27,076 nt of DNA from a virus (Duplodnaviria; Caudoviricetes). The stretch covers positions 1 through 27,076 of IMG/VR virus record IMGVR_UViG_3300037424_000456; one strand, written 5' to 3'. How positions within the stretch are numbered: the stretch's first letter is position 1; each line of letters begins with the position of its first letter. Positions 1 through 7,440 of the stretch are shown here, one piece after another. The position numbers and the translations under genes are program-made. The notes under the pieces were generated by a model that saw only the letters and a list, made by a program, of their open reading frames with translations, was not told the origin of the DNA and searched no databases.

Positions 1-1130
1 GCAACGGCATTGGCTTCGATCTTGGCGCGCGCCAGTTCCGTGTTCACGGCGTCCCGCAGGCTGCTTATCGTCTTTTTCCCCTTCATCACGCCGGCAAAGT
101 CCGCCGCAATGACGGGCATGTAGGGCTTGCCCAAGCGGGTATTCAGGGCGGTGACGTGCTGGGCGAAGGCATTGACACCACCTTGCCGGATTTCATCGCG
201 GATCGTCTCTTTCCGGGCCTTGACCAGCTTTTCCAGGGTCAGCCGGGTAGTTCGGGCCAGATCGCTGTACATGCTCACAGTCCGCCGCATGTCGTCGATG
301 CTGGCGGTCTGCGCCAGGGCTGATTTCTCGGCGGCTTCCAGCGTGTCCTGTGCGATCTGCAGGGTCTTTACCGCGGCTTCGGCGTTGGCAAAGGCTTGGT
401 CGTCGGACGGGTTCTTGTCGATACCCTCGATAAAGGCTTTCAGCTTCTCGCCGAACAGGTCAAGATTCGATTTCAGGGCGATGGAGCCGTTGACCTGGAT
501 GGACAGGGCGGGTAGGGCCAGCACCGGTTCCGCCAAGGTTGGCGGCAGGACTTCGACGTGCCGGTAGTTCGCCAGATCCTCGTCAAACTGTGCCCATCCA
601 GCCATCAGGGTTTTCGCGCGACCCGGAATCGGCAGGTACTGCATGTCCACCAGTTTGTCTGCGGTGCCGTCTGACACCACAAATATCACGCTCTGCAGCC
701 CGCCGATCAGGATTTGCTGCTCCAGTTGCCAGTAGTAGGCTGGCGGCAAGTCCTTGGCACGCACGGCTGCGGCCAGTTCCTCGTTCCACAGTTTGTGTTC
801 AAACCCGGCTTCCCCGTCCATCGTCAGGCCGTCGTAGCTGGCCAGCAGGTAGCCGGCATCGTCCGTTGCGGTAGCTGGGTACAGTTCTTCACCCATCTTT
901 GCTTCGACGATGGCGCGCGCCGCGGCTTCGGCCGCATGGCCGGCGTCGAATCGCGCTTGCGTAGCGGCATCGACTTCCGGAATGTCTCCAGTGGACTTCT
1001 GGCGCAGCAATTCGTCGCGCGTCATGTACTTGCTGACGCCCATCATGGCCGGCGCTTCGGATGCGCAGCGGTGTTTTGCTCTGGCCGCGAGCCAGTCCGG
1101 CGACCCTTGCGTTACGTTGAGAATTTTCAT
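1..1130 (-). CDS. YqaJ-like viral recombinase / lambda-Exo-family exonuclease with long helical C-terminal region; runs off the window edge
   Basis: Not in the ORF track. Translated by hand from ATG at 1130: MKILNVTQGSPDWLAARAKHRCASEAPAMMGVSKY...GHAAE...LLASYDGL...FEHKLWN...YYWQLEQQ. These match the YqaJ motifs QGS..W...R, ASE, S.DG, E.K and YYWQ. Confidence 0.9.
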   Translation of the reverse strand, partial: MKILNVTQGSPDWLAARAKHRCASEAPAMMGVSKYMTRDELLRQKSTGDIPEVDAATQARFDAGHAAEAAARAIVEAKMGEELYPATATDDAGYLLASYDGLTMDGEAGFEHKLWNEELAAAVRAKDLPPAYYWQLEQQILIGGLQSVIFVVSDGTADKLVDMQYLPIPGRAKTLMAGWAQFDEDLANYRHVEVLPPTLAEPVLALPALSIQVNGSIALKSNLDLFGEKLKAFIEGIDKNPSDDQAFANAEAAVKTLQIAQDTLEAAEKSALAQTASIDDMRRTVSMYSDLARTTRLTLEKLVKARKETIRDEIRQGGVNAFAQHVTALNTRLGKPYMPVIAADFAGVMKGKKTISSLRDAVNTELARAKIEANAV

Positions 1131-1131
1131 G

Positions 1132-2271
1132 TCAGTCCTTTCTTGATTTGATCGCGTCGCCTGCCGCAGTGATTTCCTTGTTTGCCAGCGCCCGGTTCTC
1201 GTCGCTCATTTCCGGAAGAAGGATCCGCGCGTCGTCCAGCCGCAGAAAAGCCGTTTCACGGTCTGTGATGGCAATAGCCGCAGCACAGATGCGCTTCACG
1301 TCGTCCAGCAGGGATGTGGTTTCCCCTGTTTCTTTGTTGACGCCGGGCTTGAGTGCCTTGATTGCCGCTACCTGCGCTTCGGTCATGGCGTATTTGGACT
1401 GCACCATGCCGATAATTTCTTCCGGCGTGCGTTTGCCCTTCTCAACGGATTTCCGCCATGCCGCCATGTTGGAATCAAAACCCGCCTGCGAGTAGGCGGG
1501 AAGGGTGGCTGTCTCGCGCTTCGCCTGGCTCTGGCCGAAGGTCTGCTCCGGAGTCGTGTCGCCTTCCTTGATCGCGGTGATCAGCCCACGCAAGATCACC
1601 AGATGCTCAAGGGTAATGTCCTCGATGCCAGTGACTTCCAGTTTGGCAAACAACTGCGCCTCGCTGACGCCCAGGGCTTGAAATGCCTTGAGCGCCTCGG
1701 CGCGGCGGTTTGCCAGCGTTTTGAAGTCGCCCATGACGGTTTGCCGTGCGGCTTGGTACATGTCGTCCCAAAAGGCTTTCGGCACACCCTTGAGAATCGC
1801 GTTACGCAGCGCCACGGAACACGCGGCATTTGCGGTGACGCCGATCATGTCCACGTTGTAACGCTTGCCCTTGCTGTCCGTGATGCGGCGCTGGACTTCG
1901 TAGGTGATGGCGACGTTGCGCTCCAGGTCGTGAAATACGCCTTGCGCGGTCACAAATTCACCCTGATCGCTGATCGTCCTGGCGCCGGCCCGACAGTTGC
2001 CCCATGCGGAAGCGATGACTTCGGCAAACCGCGCGCTCGGCCCCTCAATGGTTTTGTTGCCACGCGGCAGAGCGTAGATGCAGGACTCGGCAACGCGCTC
2101 GTTCAGCGTGACCATCTGCAAGCTCTCGTCACGGAACCGCTTGAGTGAGCGCGGGTATTTGTGGGCAGTAGCGATCTGCATGTCGATCTCGCCCTTGTTC
2201 AGCATGCCAACCATTCCAGATTCCGCAACCATCTGGCCTTCAACTACGCGGCCTTCAATTCCGTCGTTCAT
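1132..2271 (-). CDS. Conserved phage protein, probable single-strand annealing (recombination) protein partnering YqaJ
   Basis: Start reassigned to ATG 2271 (MNDGIEGRVV), preceded by GGAGGG. Contains AHKYPRS...YALPRG..IEGPSARFAEVIASAWGN. Function inferred from position directly upstream of the exonuclease. Confidence 0.6.
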   Translation of the reverse strand: MNDGIEGRVVEGQMVAESGMVGMLNKGEIDMQIATAHKYPRSLKRFRDESLQMVTLNERVAESCIYALPRGNKTIEGPSARFAEVIASAWGNCRAGARTISDQGEFVTAQGVFHDLERNVAITYEVQRRITDSKGKRYNVDMIGVTANAACSVALRNAILKGVPKAFWDDMYQAARQTVMGDFKTLANRRAEALKAFQALGVSEAQLFAKLEVTGIEDITLEHLVILRGLITAIKEGDTTPEQTFGQSQAKRETATLPAYSQAGFDSNMAAWRKSVEKGKRTPEEIIGMVQSKYAMTEAQVAAIKALKPGVNKETGETTSLLDDVKRICAAAIAITDRETAFLRLDDARILLPEMSDENRALANKEITAAGDAIKSRKD

Positions 2272-2282
2272 AAACCCTCCTG

Positions 2283-2453
2283 TTATTGACCGCGTGAAGA
2301 TGCGTCGCGGCAGGTCTGACAAAACAATCCGGTCCCGCAGTGCTTGGCAAGGCAGGACGGGCATACGTTTTCCACTGGCGGGCGATAGGTAAATCCTTGC
2401 TCGGCTTCACGGTTCTCGCGGGCGATGGCGTTGTTGGCTTCGGTGGTGGTCAT
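2283..2453 (-). CDS. 56-aa CxxC/CxxC zinc-finger microprotein
   Basis: Hand translation MTTTEANNAIARENREAEQGFTYRPPVENVCPSCLAKHCGTGLFCQTCRDASSRGQ. Start overlaps the upstream stop (TGATG) and the ORF fills the gap to the next RBS. Confidence 0.65.
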   Translation of the reverse strand: MTTTEANNAIARENREAEQGFTYRPPVENVCPSCLAKHCGTGLFCQTCRDASSRGQ

Positions 2454-2740
2454 CAAAACCTCCAGACCGTGCGGATGCAGTGTTTGACCTTGATGCCGTC
2501 GATCACTTCGATGCGGCAGGCGGGCGCGCCGGTGGTGATGGCTTCCAACACCAAGGCACGGGCGTCACGTATCAGCGGCCAGTACTGAATGACGCCCAGC
2601 ACGAAAACCACGGCAAACGTGATCAGCGCGCCCCCGATGACAGCAACAACCCACTGCTTGAGCGTTGGCGCGCGATCCGGCAGCAGTTCGCCTGGCGTGT
2701 AGCTTTCCGGCAGACCGGGATGGTCTATTGGGAGTTTCAT
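2453..2740 (-). CDS. Small membrane protein (95 aa, one hydrophobic helix)
   Basis: ATG at 2740 overlaps the MTase stop (ATGA). Hydrophobic segment WVVAVIGGALITFAVVFVLGVIQYW. Confidence 0.65.
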   Translation of the reverse strand: MKLPIDHPGLPESYTPGELLPDRAPTLKQWVVAVIGGALITFAVVFVLGVIQYWPLIRDARALVLEAITTGAPACRIEVIDGIKVKHCIRTVWRF

Positions 2741-4512
2741 GCGACGTTCTCCACGGTGAGTTGCTGGCAGAATTGAGCGATGAGGATCGCGGCAGCGTTC
2801 GGCGGACTGACGCTGTTCCCGCACATGCGGATCTGCGCGGTCTTGGTGACGGGCTTGCCGCCGGCGAAGTCGATCCTGTAGGTGGTCGGGAAACCCTGCG
2901 CCGTGAACAGTTCGCGCGGCAGCAGCATGCGCATGCCGATGTCGGCGATCTGGTAGGTCGTGCCCAGCACCGTCACCAAGCCGAAGCAGTCCTTGGTGCG
3001 GATGGTGTGCAGGGGCTCGGTCAGGCGCGGGTCCTGGTCGGTGCCGTAGTACTTGGTCAGGAACGCCCGGACTTCGGCGATGTGGGTGCCGCCGCCGGTC
3101 ACCGTGGGCATCGGCTGGTCAACGGGCTGGCCGTCCCTGCAGGTGCCGCGCAACTTGATCAGGTTGGACGTGACGAGGTTCAGCTGCGTGCCGCGCCCGG
3201 TGATCGTCGGTAGCGGCTCGTCTGCGCCGGCTGCTTTTTTGCCGGCCCACTGGTCGCCGTAGTGCTTGGCGAGGAAGGCCGACACCAGCGCGAACTTGCC
3301 GCCGCCGGCGACCACGGTGCCCAGCGGCTTGTCGATGCCCGGCACCCTCGGCTGCTGGCCGGGCGCTTCGCCGTAGCCCATCTGGATCAGGGTCGGCGAT
3401 ACCAGTAGGTGTTCGTTCTTGCTGGTGATCGTGGTCAGCGGGTCGCGGGCGTCATTCGCATACTTGCCGTTGCCGCCGGTCTGGCCGATGCGGGCCAGGT
3501 AGGGTGCCACTACAGAGAAATCGGGTGAAGCGGTTACGGTCGGCAGCGGCTCAGCGATCGAGTGTTCACCACGTCCGCGCTTTTTGCCGTTCTTGTCACG
3601 CTCGCCGTGTGCGGTGCGCGCCAGATATGGCGTAACCAGCGCCATTTCGCCACGCTGCGCGCCGGTGACTGTCCGCAGGGGTTCATCAATGCCGTGCGTC
3701 CGGGCGTCGCCTTGGTGTGTCGTCGGCACGATGAACGGGTCCGCGCAGTTGATGACGTACCGGAACATGCCGCGCGCGATCCGGCGCTGGGTGTTCTCGG
3801 CCAGCGGCTTTTTCCTCTCGAAGATGGACGGGCAGGGCACGGACCAGTCGATGCACTCCGCGGCGGTGCGGTAGGGCAGCAGGCCGGGGCCGTGTGTTTT
3901 CTCGGGCCAGGTGATCGGCTGTCCGTCGCAGCGCGCGACGAGGAACAGGCGCTTGCGGATCGTCGGCGCGCCGTAGTCGCTGGCGCGCATGACCTGCCAG
4001 TCCACGGTGTAGCCGAGGTTCGAGAGTTGCTTGACGAAGCGGCGGAAGGTCATGCCTTTGCGGATGCGGCAGGGCATGTTGTCGTCGGTCAGCGGTCCCC
4101 AGTCGGCGAATTCCTCGACGTTCTCGAGGACGATGACGCGCGGCTTGTTCGGCCCCAGTGCCTTCGCCCAGCGGCAGGCAATCCACGCCAGCCCGCGGAT
4201 TTTCTTCTCCACGGGCTTGCCGCCCTTGGCCTTCGAGAAGTGCTTGCAGTCCGGCGAGAGCCAGAACAACCCGACACGGCGACCGCCGCAGGCTTTCACG
4301 GGGTCCACCGCCCACACGTCCTCGCAGAAGTGACGGGTGCCCGGATGGTTCTCGCGGTGTAGCGCGATCGCTTCGGCGTCGTGGTTGATGGCGATGTCCG
4401 GGCTGCGGCCGAACGTCATTTCCATGCCCATGCTGGCGCCGCCGCCGCCGGCGAAGCTGTCGATGATCAGTTCGTCGGGCTCGAGGCCGACGCGGATGGC
4501 GGGCGCTCTCAT
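2737..4512 (-). CDS. DNA cytosine-C5 methyltransferase with repeat-expanded target-recognition region
   Basis: Motif I DSFAGGGG, catalytic SPDC, motif VI ENV, motif VIII RKRLF, motif IX RELF, motif X GNSV. Confidence 0.95.
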   Translation of the reverse strand: MRAPAIRVGLEPDELIIDSFAGGGGASMGMEMTFGRSPDIAINHDAEAIALHRENHPGTRHFCEDVWAVDPVKACGGRRVGLFWLSPDCKHFSKAKGGKPVEKKIRGLAWIACRWAKALGPNKPRVIVLENVEEFADWGPLTDDNMPCRIRKGMTFRRFVKQLSNLGYTVDWQVMRASDYGAPTIRKRLFLVARCDGQPITWPEKTHGPGLLPYRTAAECIDWSVPCPSIFERKKPLAENTQRRIARGMFRYVINCADPFIVPTTHQGDARTHGIDEPLRTVTGAQRGEMALVTPYLARTAHGERDKNGKKRGRGEHSIAEPLPTVTASPDFSVVAPYLARIGQTGGNGKYANDARDPLTTITSKNEHLLVSPTLIQMGYGEAPGQQPRVPGIDKPLGTVVAGGGKFALVSAFLAKHYGDQWAGKKAAGADEPLPTITGRGTQLNLVTSNLIKLRGTCRDGQPVDQPMPTVTGGGTHIAEVRAFLTKYYGTDQDPRLTEPLHTIRTKDCFGLVTVLGTTYQIADIGMRMLLPRELFTAQGFPTTYRIDFAGGKPVTKTAQIRMCGNSVSPPNAAAILIAQFCQQLTVENVA

Positions 4513-5375
4513 GCCGCCTCCGCGTGCTTGTCGTTCGGCAGTGCGCCGGGGTAATGCTTCGCCAAAATCCGGTTCATCTTGTCGACCAGATCAGGGCGCT
4601 TGAATGTCAGGTGTCCGTTGCCGTTCAGGAACCAGCGCAGGTGGAAGTAGGGGCCGTCGACAAAATCTTCTTTCCGGCTGTCGGCCCCGGAAATTTGGCT
4701 CCACATACCGTTGCGGTGGTCAGGCTCCGGCTTGCCATCCAACACCGAGAACACACGCACCAGGTCATCCAACGCGTCTGTGCCGCCGTGGTTCAGGTAG
4801 CCGAAATTCTTGGGGCATCCCCACTTATGGCCGGATCTGGTGACGTAGCCACGGATCCCGCGCATGACGATGCGCTTGCCGAAGGCAAAGGGCCGGTTGG
4901 TCTTGTAGTCCCAAGACAGATATTTGAACACAGCAATAACGCCGCGCTCGAACATATCTATGCGTGAGCTGTGCAGCATGCGGAAGGTTGCGCTGATGTT
5001 TGGGAAAGTGAATTCCGGGAAATCGTTTTTTTGGATGGCCTTGTTCCAATCCTCGCGCGCTCGAGCGTCCATAAAGGTGCGCAGGCCTGACTCGTTCATC
5101 ATGTGCTGCCACGCGAACCGGTCGACTAACTTGCCGATTTCAGTCATGACTTCCGCGGCCCGGTCGTCATCCAGTAGTCCGGCGCGCAGGCTGTAGGGGT
5201 TTTCGTCGATTTTCAACCGAGGAAAACCAATGTGCGCGGCGTCGGCTATGCTGCGCGCTTCGCGCAAAAGACCGAGCGCATTTTCGACGCGCTGCAGAAC
5301 GGCAGCGCGCTGGTTCAGCATGTTGTCGATGCTGACACTCTTGACGACGGCGCCGACGTCGGACAGGTCGCTCAT
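4509..5375 (-). CDS. DUF4942-like protein
   Basis: SWDYKTNRPFAFGKRIV and the C-terminal YFHLRWFLNGNGHLTFKRPDLVDKMNRILAKHYPGALP resemble DUF4942 proteins. ATGA overlaps on both sides. Confidence 0.75.
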   Translation of the reverse strand: MSDLSDVGAVVKSVSIDNMLNQRAAVLQRVENALGLLREARSIADAAHIGFPRLKIDENPYSLRAGLLDDDRAAEVMTEIGKLVDRFAWQHMMNESGLRTFMDARAREDWNKAIQKNDFPEFTFPNISATFRMLHSSRIDMFERGVIAVFKYLSWDYKTNRPFAFGKRIVMRGIRGYVTRSGHKWGCPKNFGYLNHGGTDALDDLVRVFSVLDGKPEPDHRNGMWSQISGADSRKEDFVDGPYFHLRWFLNGNGHLTFKRPDLVDKMNRILAKHYPGALPNDKHAEAA

Positions 5376-5593
5376 TTTCCGGCCCTCCGCGCTTTCTTCG
5401 CCGCCTTGTCGAGCTCCACCTGTTGACGCACGGCCATGTCATAAACAGCGGGCAGCGCAATGTCGTAGCTGCGCCTGGTTCCTTTCTGGCGCACGGTGAT
5501 GTAGTCGCAGTGCGGCGGGATGGTCAGGACGATCTGACGGCCGCGGTGGGGCAGGGCGGTGACGCGCTTGACGGTGCGGGTTGGGGTATTCAT
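5372..5593 (-). CDS. Small basic hypothetical protein (73 aa)
   Basis: ORF coupled to both neighbours by overlapping start/stop codons. Confidence 0.7.
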   Translation of the reverse strand: MNTPTRTVKRVTALPHRGRQIVLTIPPHCDYITVRQKGTRRSYDIALPAVYDMAVRQQVELDKAAKKARRAGK

Positions 5594-5808
5594 CAGAAAT
5601 TCCCCGCATTCAGGACGCGAACGCGATGCGCCCCTACCCGCAGGTTGCGCGGGTTGCTGGTGTCAACCGCTGTGCCGCGCGGATATTCGTCTTTGGCGAT
5701 CATCTGCGCGTATTCGAGTGCCGCCTGCTCGGCGTCACGGATCGGGTGATGTTCGCAGCGCTCTTCGAGGCGCCGGCCGTTGTAGATGCGGATTTCGCCG
5801 ACCCTCAT
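5593..5808 (-). CDS. Hypothetical protein (71 aa)
   Basis: Start reassigned to ATG 5808 (MRVGEIRIYNG), which overlaps the stop of the 5805-5933 ORF (ATGA). Confidence 0.65.
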   Translation of the reverse strand: MRVGEIRIYNGRRLEERCEHHPIRDAEQAALEYAQMIAKDEYPRGTAVDTSNPRNLRVGAHRVRVLNAGNF

Positions 5809-5933
5809 TTCGCACCGCCCTTCAGCACCACGTAATGCGGTGTGGGCTCTTTGCAGAACGAGCAGTTGACGAAACCGTAATGCTGGTTGCCGCACTTGCG
5901 GCAGGTGAGTAGCGGTGGACTGGTGTCTTTCAT
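5805..5933 (-). CDS. 42-aa zinc-ribbon microprotein, first gene of the leftward early operon
   Basis: Hand translation MKDTSPPLLTCRKCGNQHYGFVNCSFCKEPTPHYVVLKGGAK. Strong RBS GGAGG, directly downstream of PL. Confidence 0.7.
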   Translation of the reverse strand: MKDTSPPLLTCRKCGNQHYGFVNCSFCKEPTPHYVVLKGGAK

Positions 5934-5957
5934 GGTTTCCTCCGTGAGTTCGGAGAA

Positions 5958-5986
5958 AGATTAGCACCGCTAATAAATCATGTCAA
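5958..5986 (-). promoter_or_regulatory. PL-like sigma70 promoter
   Basis: Minus strand TTGACA-17 bp-TAATCT, overlapped by two operators. Confidence 0.85.
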
Positions 5987-5999
5987 CAGCAGTGCTGAT
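5960..5999. promoter_or_regulatory. Left operators OL1 and OL2 (15-bp palindromes)
   Basis: ATTAGCACCGCTAAT (5960-5974) and AACAGCAGTGCTGAT (5985-5999), 25 bp apart, with the same consensus as the right operators. Confidence 0.85.
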
Positions 6000-6009
6000 A
6001 TTGCAACAT

Positions 6010-6033
6010 AAAAAAAACCGGTCCGTGAACCGG
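6010..6033 (-). terminator. Intrinsic terminator of the repressor transcript
   Basis: Minus strand CCGGT-TCACGG-ACCGG followed by T8, downstream of cI. Confidence 0.75.
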
Positions 6034-6112
6034 GAGACTATTTCGGCACTTAACTGGCCGAAAGGCCTGGGTTTTGCAACCCGGCGAACCGTAGGGGTTT
6101 ACCGTGCCCTCT

Positions 6113-6571
6113 CTATCCTGCTGTGACGGGCCTTTTCTTCTTCGCCGGGGTGGCCGCAGGCCCGGGCTGGGGTATTTTAAGGTGCGTTAGTTTGTCATCC
6201 GAAATAGCCGGCAAAGAAAGCAGTAGCGCCGCCTCAAATCGCATTTTCCCTTGTTGGTCGAGTTTGTCGTAGCGTTGGGCCCAATCCAAGGCGTCCATGC
6301 TGAGCTCGCTGGTCAGCTCAGCCAGGTCTGGCCGAATGTCTGTGGGCTTGACCTTCAGGATCTTGGCGAACTTCAGGGCGGCAGCAATCCGGAGCGGCAC
6401 TGCGCCGTTCAGGTATTGGCTGACCGCGCTTTGTGTTTGAAATTCCATCTTCTCCGCAGCAGAGGCCTGGGTCAGCCCCAGCTCCCGATATTTTCTATCC
6501 CATATCTCACGGAGATTTTTCGCGGCCTGCCTGTCGGCTGGAGTGAACTTCCGGTTCGTAGTTTTTCCCAT
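6113..6571 (-). CDS. cI: CI-like phage repressor (HTH), with no visible S24 peptidase domain
   Basis: Start at ATG 6571 (MGKTTNRK). LREIWDRKYRELGLTQASAAEKMEFQTQSAVSQYLNG closely resembles the lambda CI N-domain. Divergent from cro. Confidence 0.88.
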   Translation of the reverse strand: MGKTTNRKFTPADRQAAKNLREIWDRKYRELGLTQASAAEKMEFQTQSAVSQYLNGAVPLRIAAALKFAKILKVKPTDIRPDLAELTSELSMDALDWAQRYDKLDQQGKMRFEAALLLSLPAISDDKLTHLKIPQPGPAATPAKKKRPVTAG

Positions 6572-6578
6572 AGCAGCG

Positions 6579-6607
6579 ATTGTGTGAATGCGGCCGTTGA
6601 GGCGCAA
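6579..6607 (-). promoter_or_regulatory. PRM-like promoter giving a probably leaderless cI mRNA
   Basis: Minus strand TTGCGC-17 bp-CACAAT, then 7 nt to the ATG. No SD sequence. The -35 abuts operator 6607-6621, as in lambda. Confidence 0.55.
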
Positions 6608-6646
6608 ACAGCACTGCTGTTGCTTTTCGGAAACAGCACTGCTAAT
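6607..6646. promoter_or_regulatory. Right operators OR2 and OR1
   Basis: AACAGCACTGCTGTT (6607-6621, perfect 6-bp arms) and AACAGCACTGCTAAT (6632-6646), 25 bp apart. Confidence 0.88.
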
Positions 6647-6648
6647 AT
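6620..6648 (+). promoter_or_regulatory. PR-like sigma70 promoter
   Basis: TTGCTT-17 bp-TAATAT straddling the right operators, 8 nt upstream of the cro ATG. Confidence 0.8.
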
Positions 6649-6656
6649 TTGGCGAC

Positions 6657-6881
6657 ATGGAACTAGCCGACTACCTTGAAAAACACGACGTCTCCCAAAA
6701 GAAATTTGCTGGGCTCGTCGGTGTTACGCAATCCATGGTTTCGCAGTGGATCAACGGCGTGCGGCCCATCGCCGCCGAAAAGGTCATCCCCATAGAGGGC
6801 GCCACGAAGGGGAGGGTTTCGCGCCACGAACTACGCCCTGATATATACCCGCGAAAACTCAATCCTCCCGCGAAAACTTGA
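6657..6881 (+). CDS. cro: Cro-like (YdaS-type) HTH regulator
   Basis: MELADYLEKHDVSQKKFAGLVGVTQSMVSQWING...IEGATKGRVSRHELRPDIY; the LRPDI C-terminal motif is typical. Divergent from cI. Confidence 0.9.
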   Translation: MELADYLEKHDVSQKKFAGLVGVTQSMVSQWINGVRPIAAEKVIPIEGATKGRVSRHELRPDIYPRKLNPPAKT

Positions 6882-7197
6882 GTACGATGCCCGCCATATC
6901 TCTCAGCATGACGCGCTCCCTCGGTGTGAGTAGCCGAAAGGCGCTGAGCATTTCCTCCTCGGTGTATACCGCGGCATGGAAGCGTTGCATGACACCTTCG
7001 CCGGTCGCAAGCCAATGTGCCCTGACTGACAGAAGGGCGGCTGCAATCACCAGGTTCTTCCCCGACATACAAACCACTGGGGATTCGAGCCATTTTTCTA
7101 CAGTCGTTCTGGATATCCCCATTTTTTTGGCGAATCGAGCAGGGTCCGTAAAGCCAGCCGCCAGCATTGCGTCCTTGAGGCGAGAGCCAAAAAACAT
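6859..7197 (-). CDS. Second XRE-family HTH regulator, antisense between cro and the cII position
   Basis: ATG 7197 preceded by GGGAGGG. Sequence MFFGSRLKDAM...ARFAKKMGISRTTVEKWL...LSVRAHWLATGEG carries the repressor-type WL.TGEG motif. Confidence 0.8.
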   Translation of the reverse strand: MFFGSRLKDAMLAAGFTDPARFAKKMGISRTTVEKWLESPVVCMSGKNLVIAAALLSVRAHWLATGEGVMQRFHAAVYTEEEMLSAFRLLTPRERVMLRDMAGIVLKFSRED

Positions 7198-7440
7198 AAT
7201 TTTCCCTCCCGTGAAACGCATTTTCACGGGGAAGCGGCGTGACTGTCACCGGCTGGCAACAAAAGTTGCAGGCCAGATCATTAAAAGTGTGTGTTTTTTC
7301 ACCAATTCCATTGGGTGCATTGTGGACATCAGTGATTATGCGGCGCGTCAACGACCGGCGTTTGCGGTTATCTGAGTTGGCCATGTTTCCTCGCCAATTC
7401 CAGAAAACCCCGCAGGAAAACACTGATATGGCGGGGGCCC

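Noticed and set aside
127-4967. Many plus-strand ORFs over the leftward operon
   Set aside because: Antisense shadows of well-supported, tightly coupled minus-strand genes.
6045-6108. Cloverleaf-like fold as a tRNA
   Set aside because: No TTC T-loop, no 7-nt anticodon loop, and no 7-bp acceptor stem or CCA.
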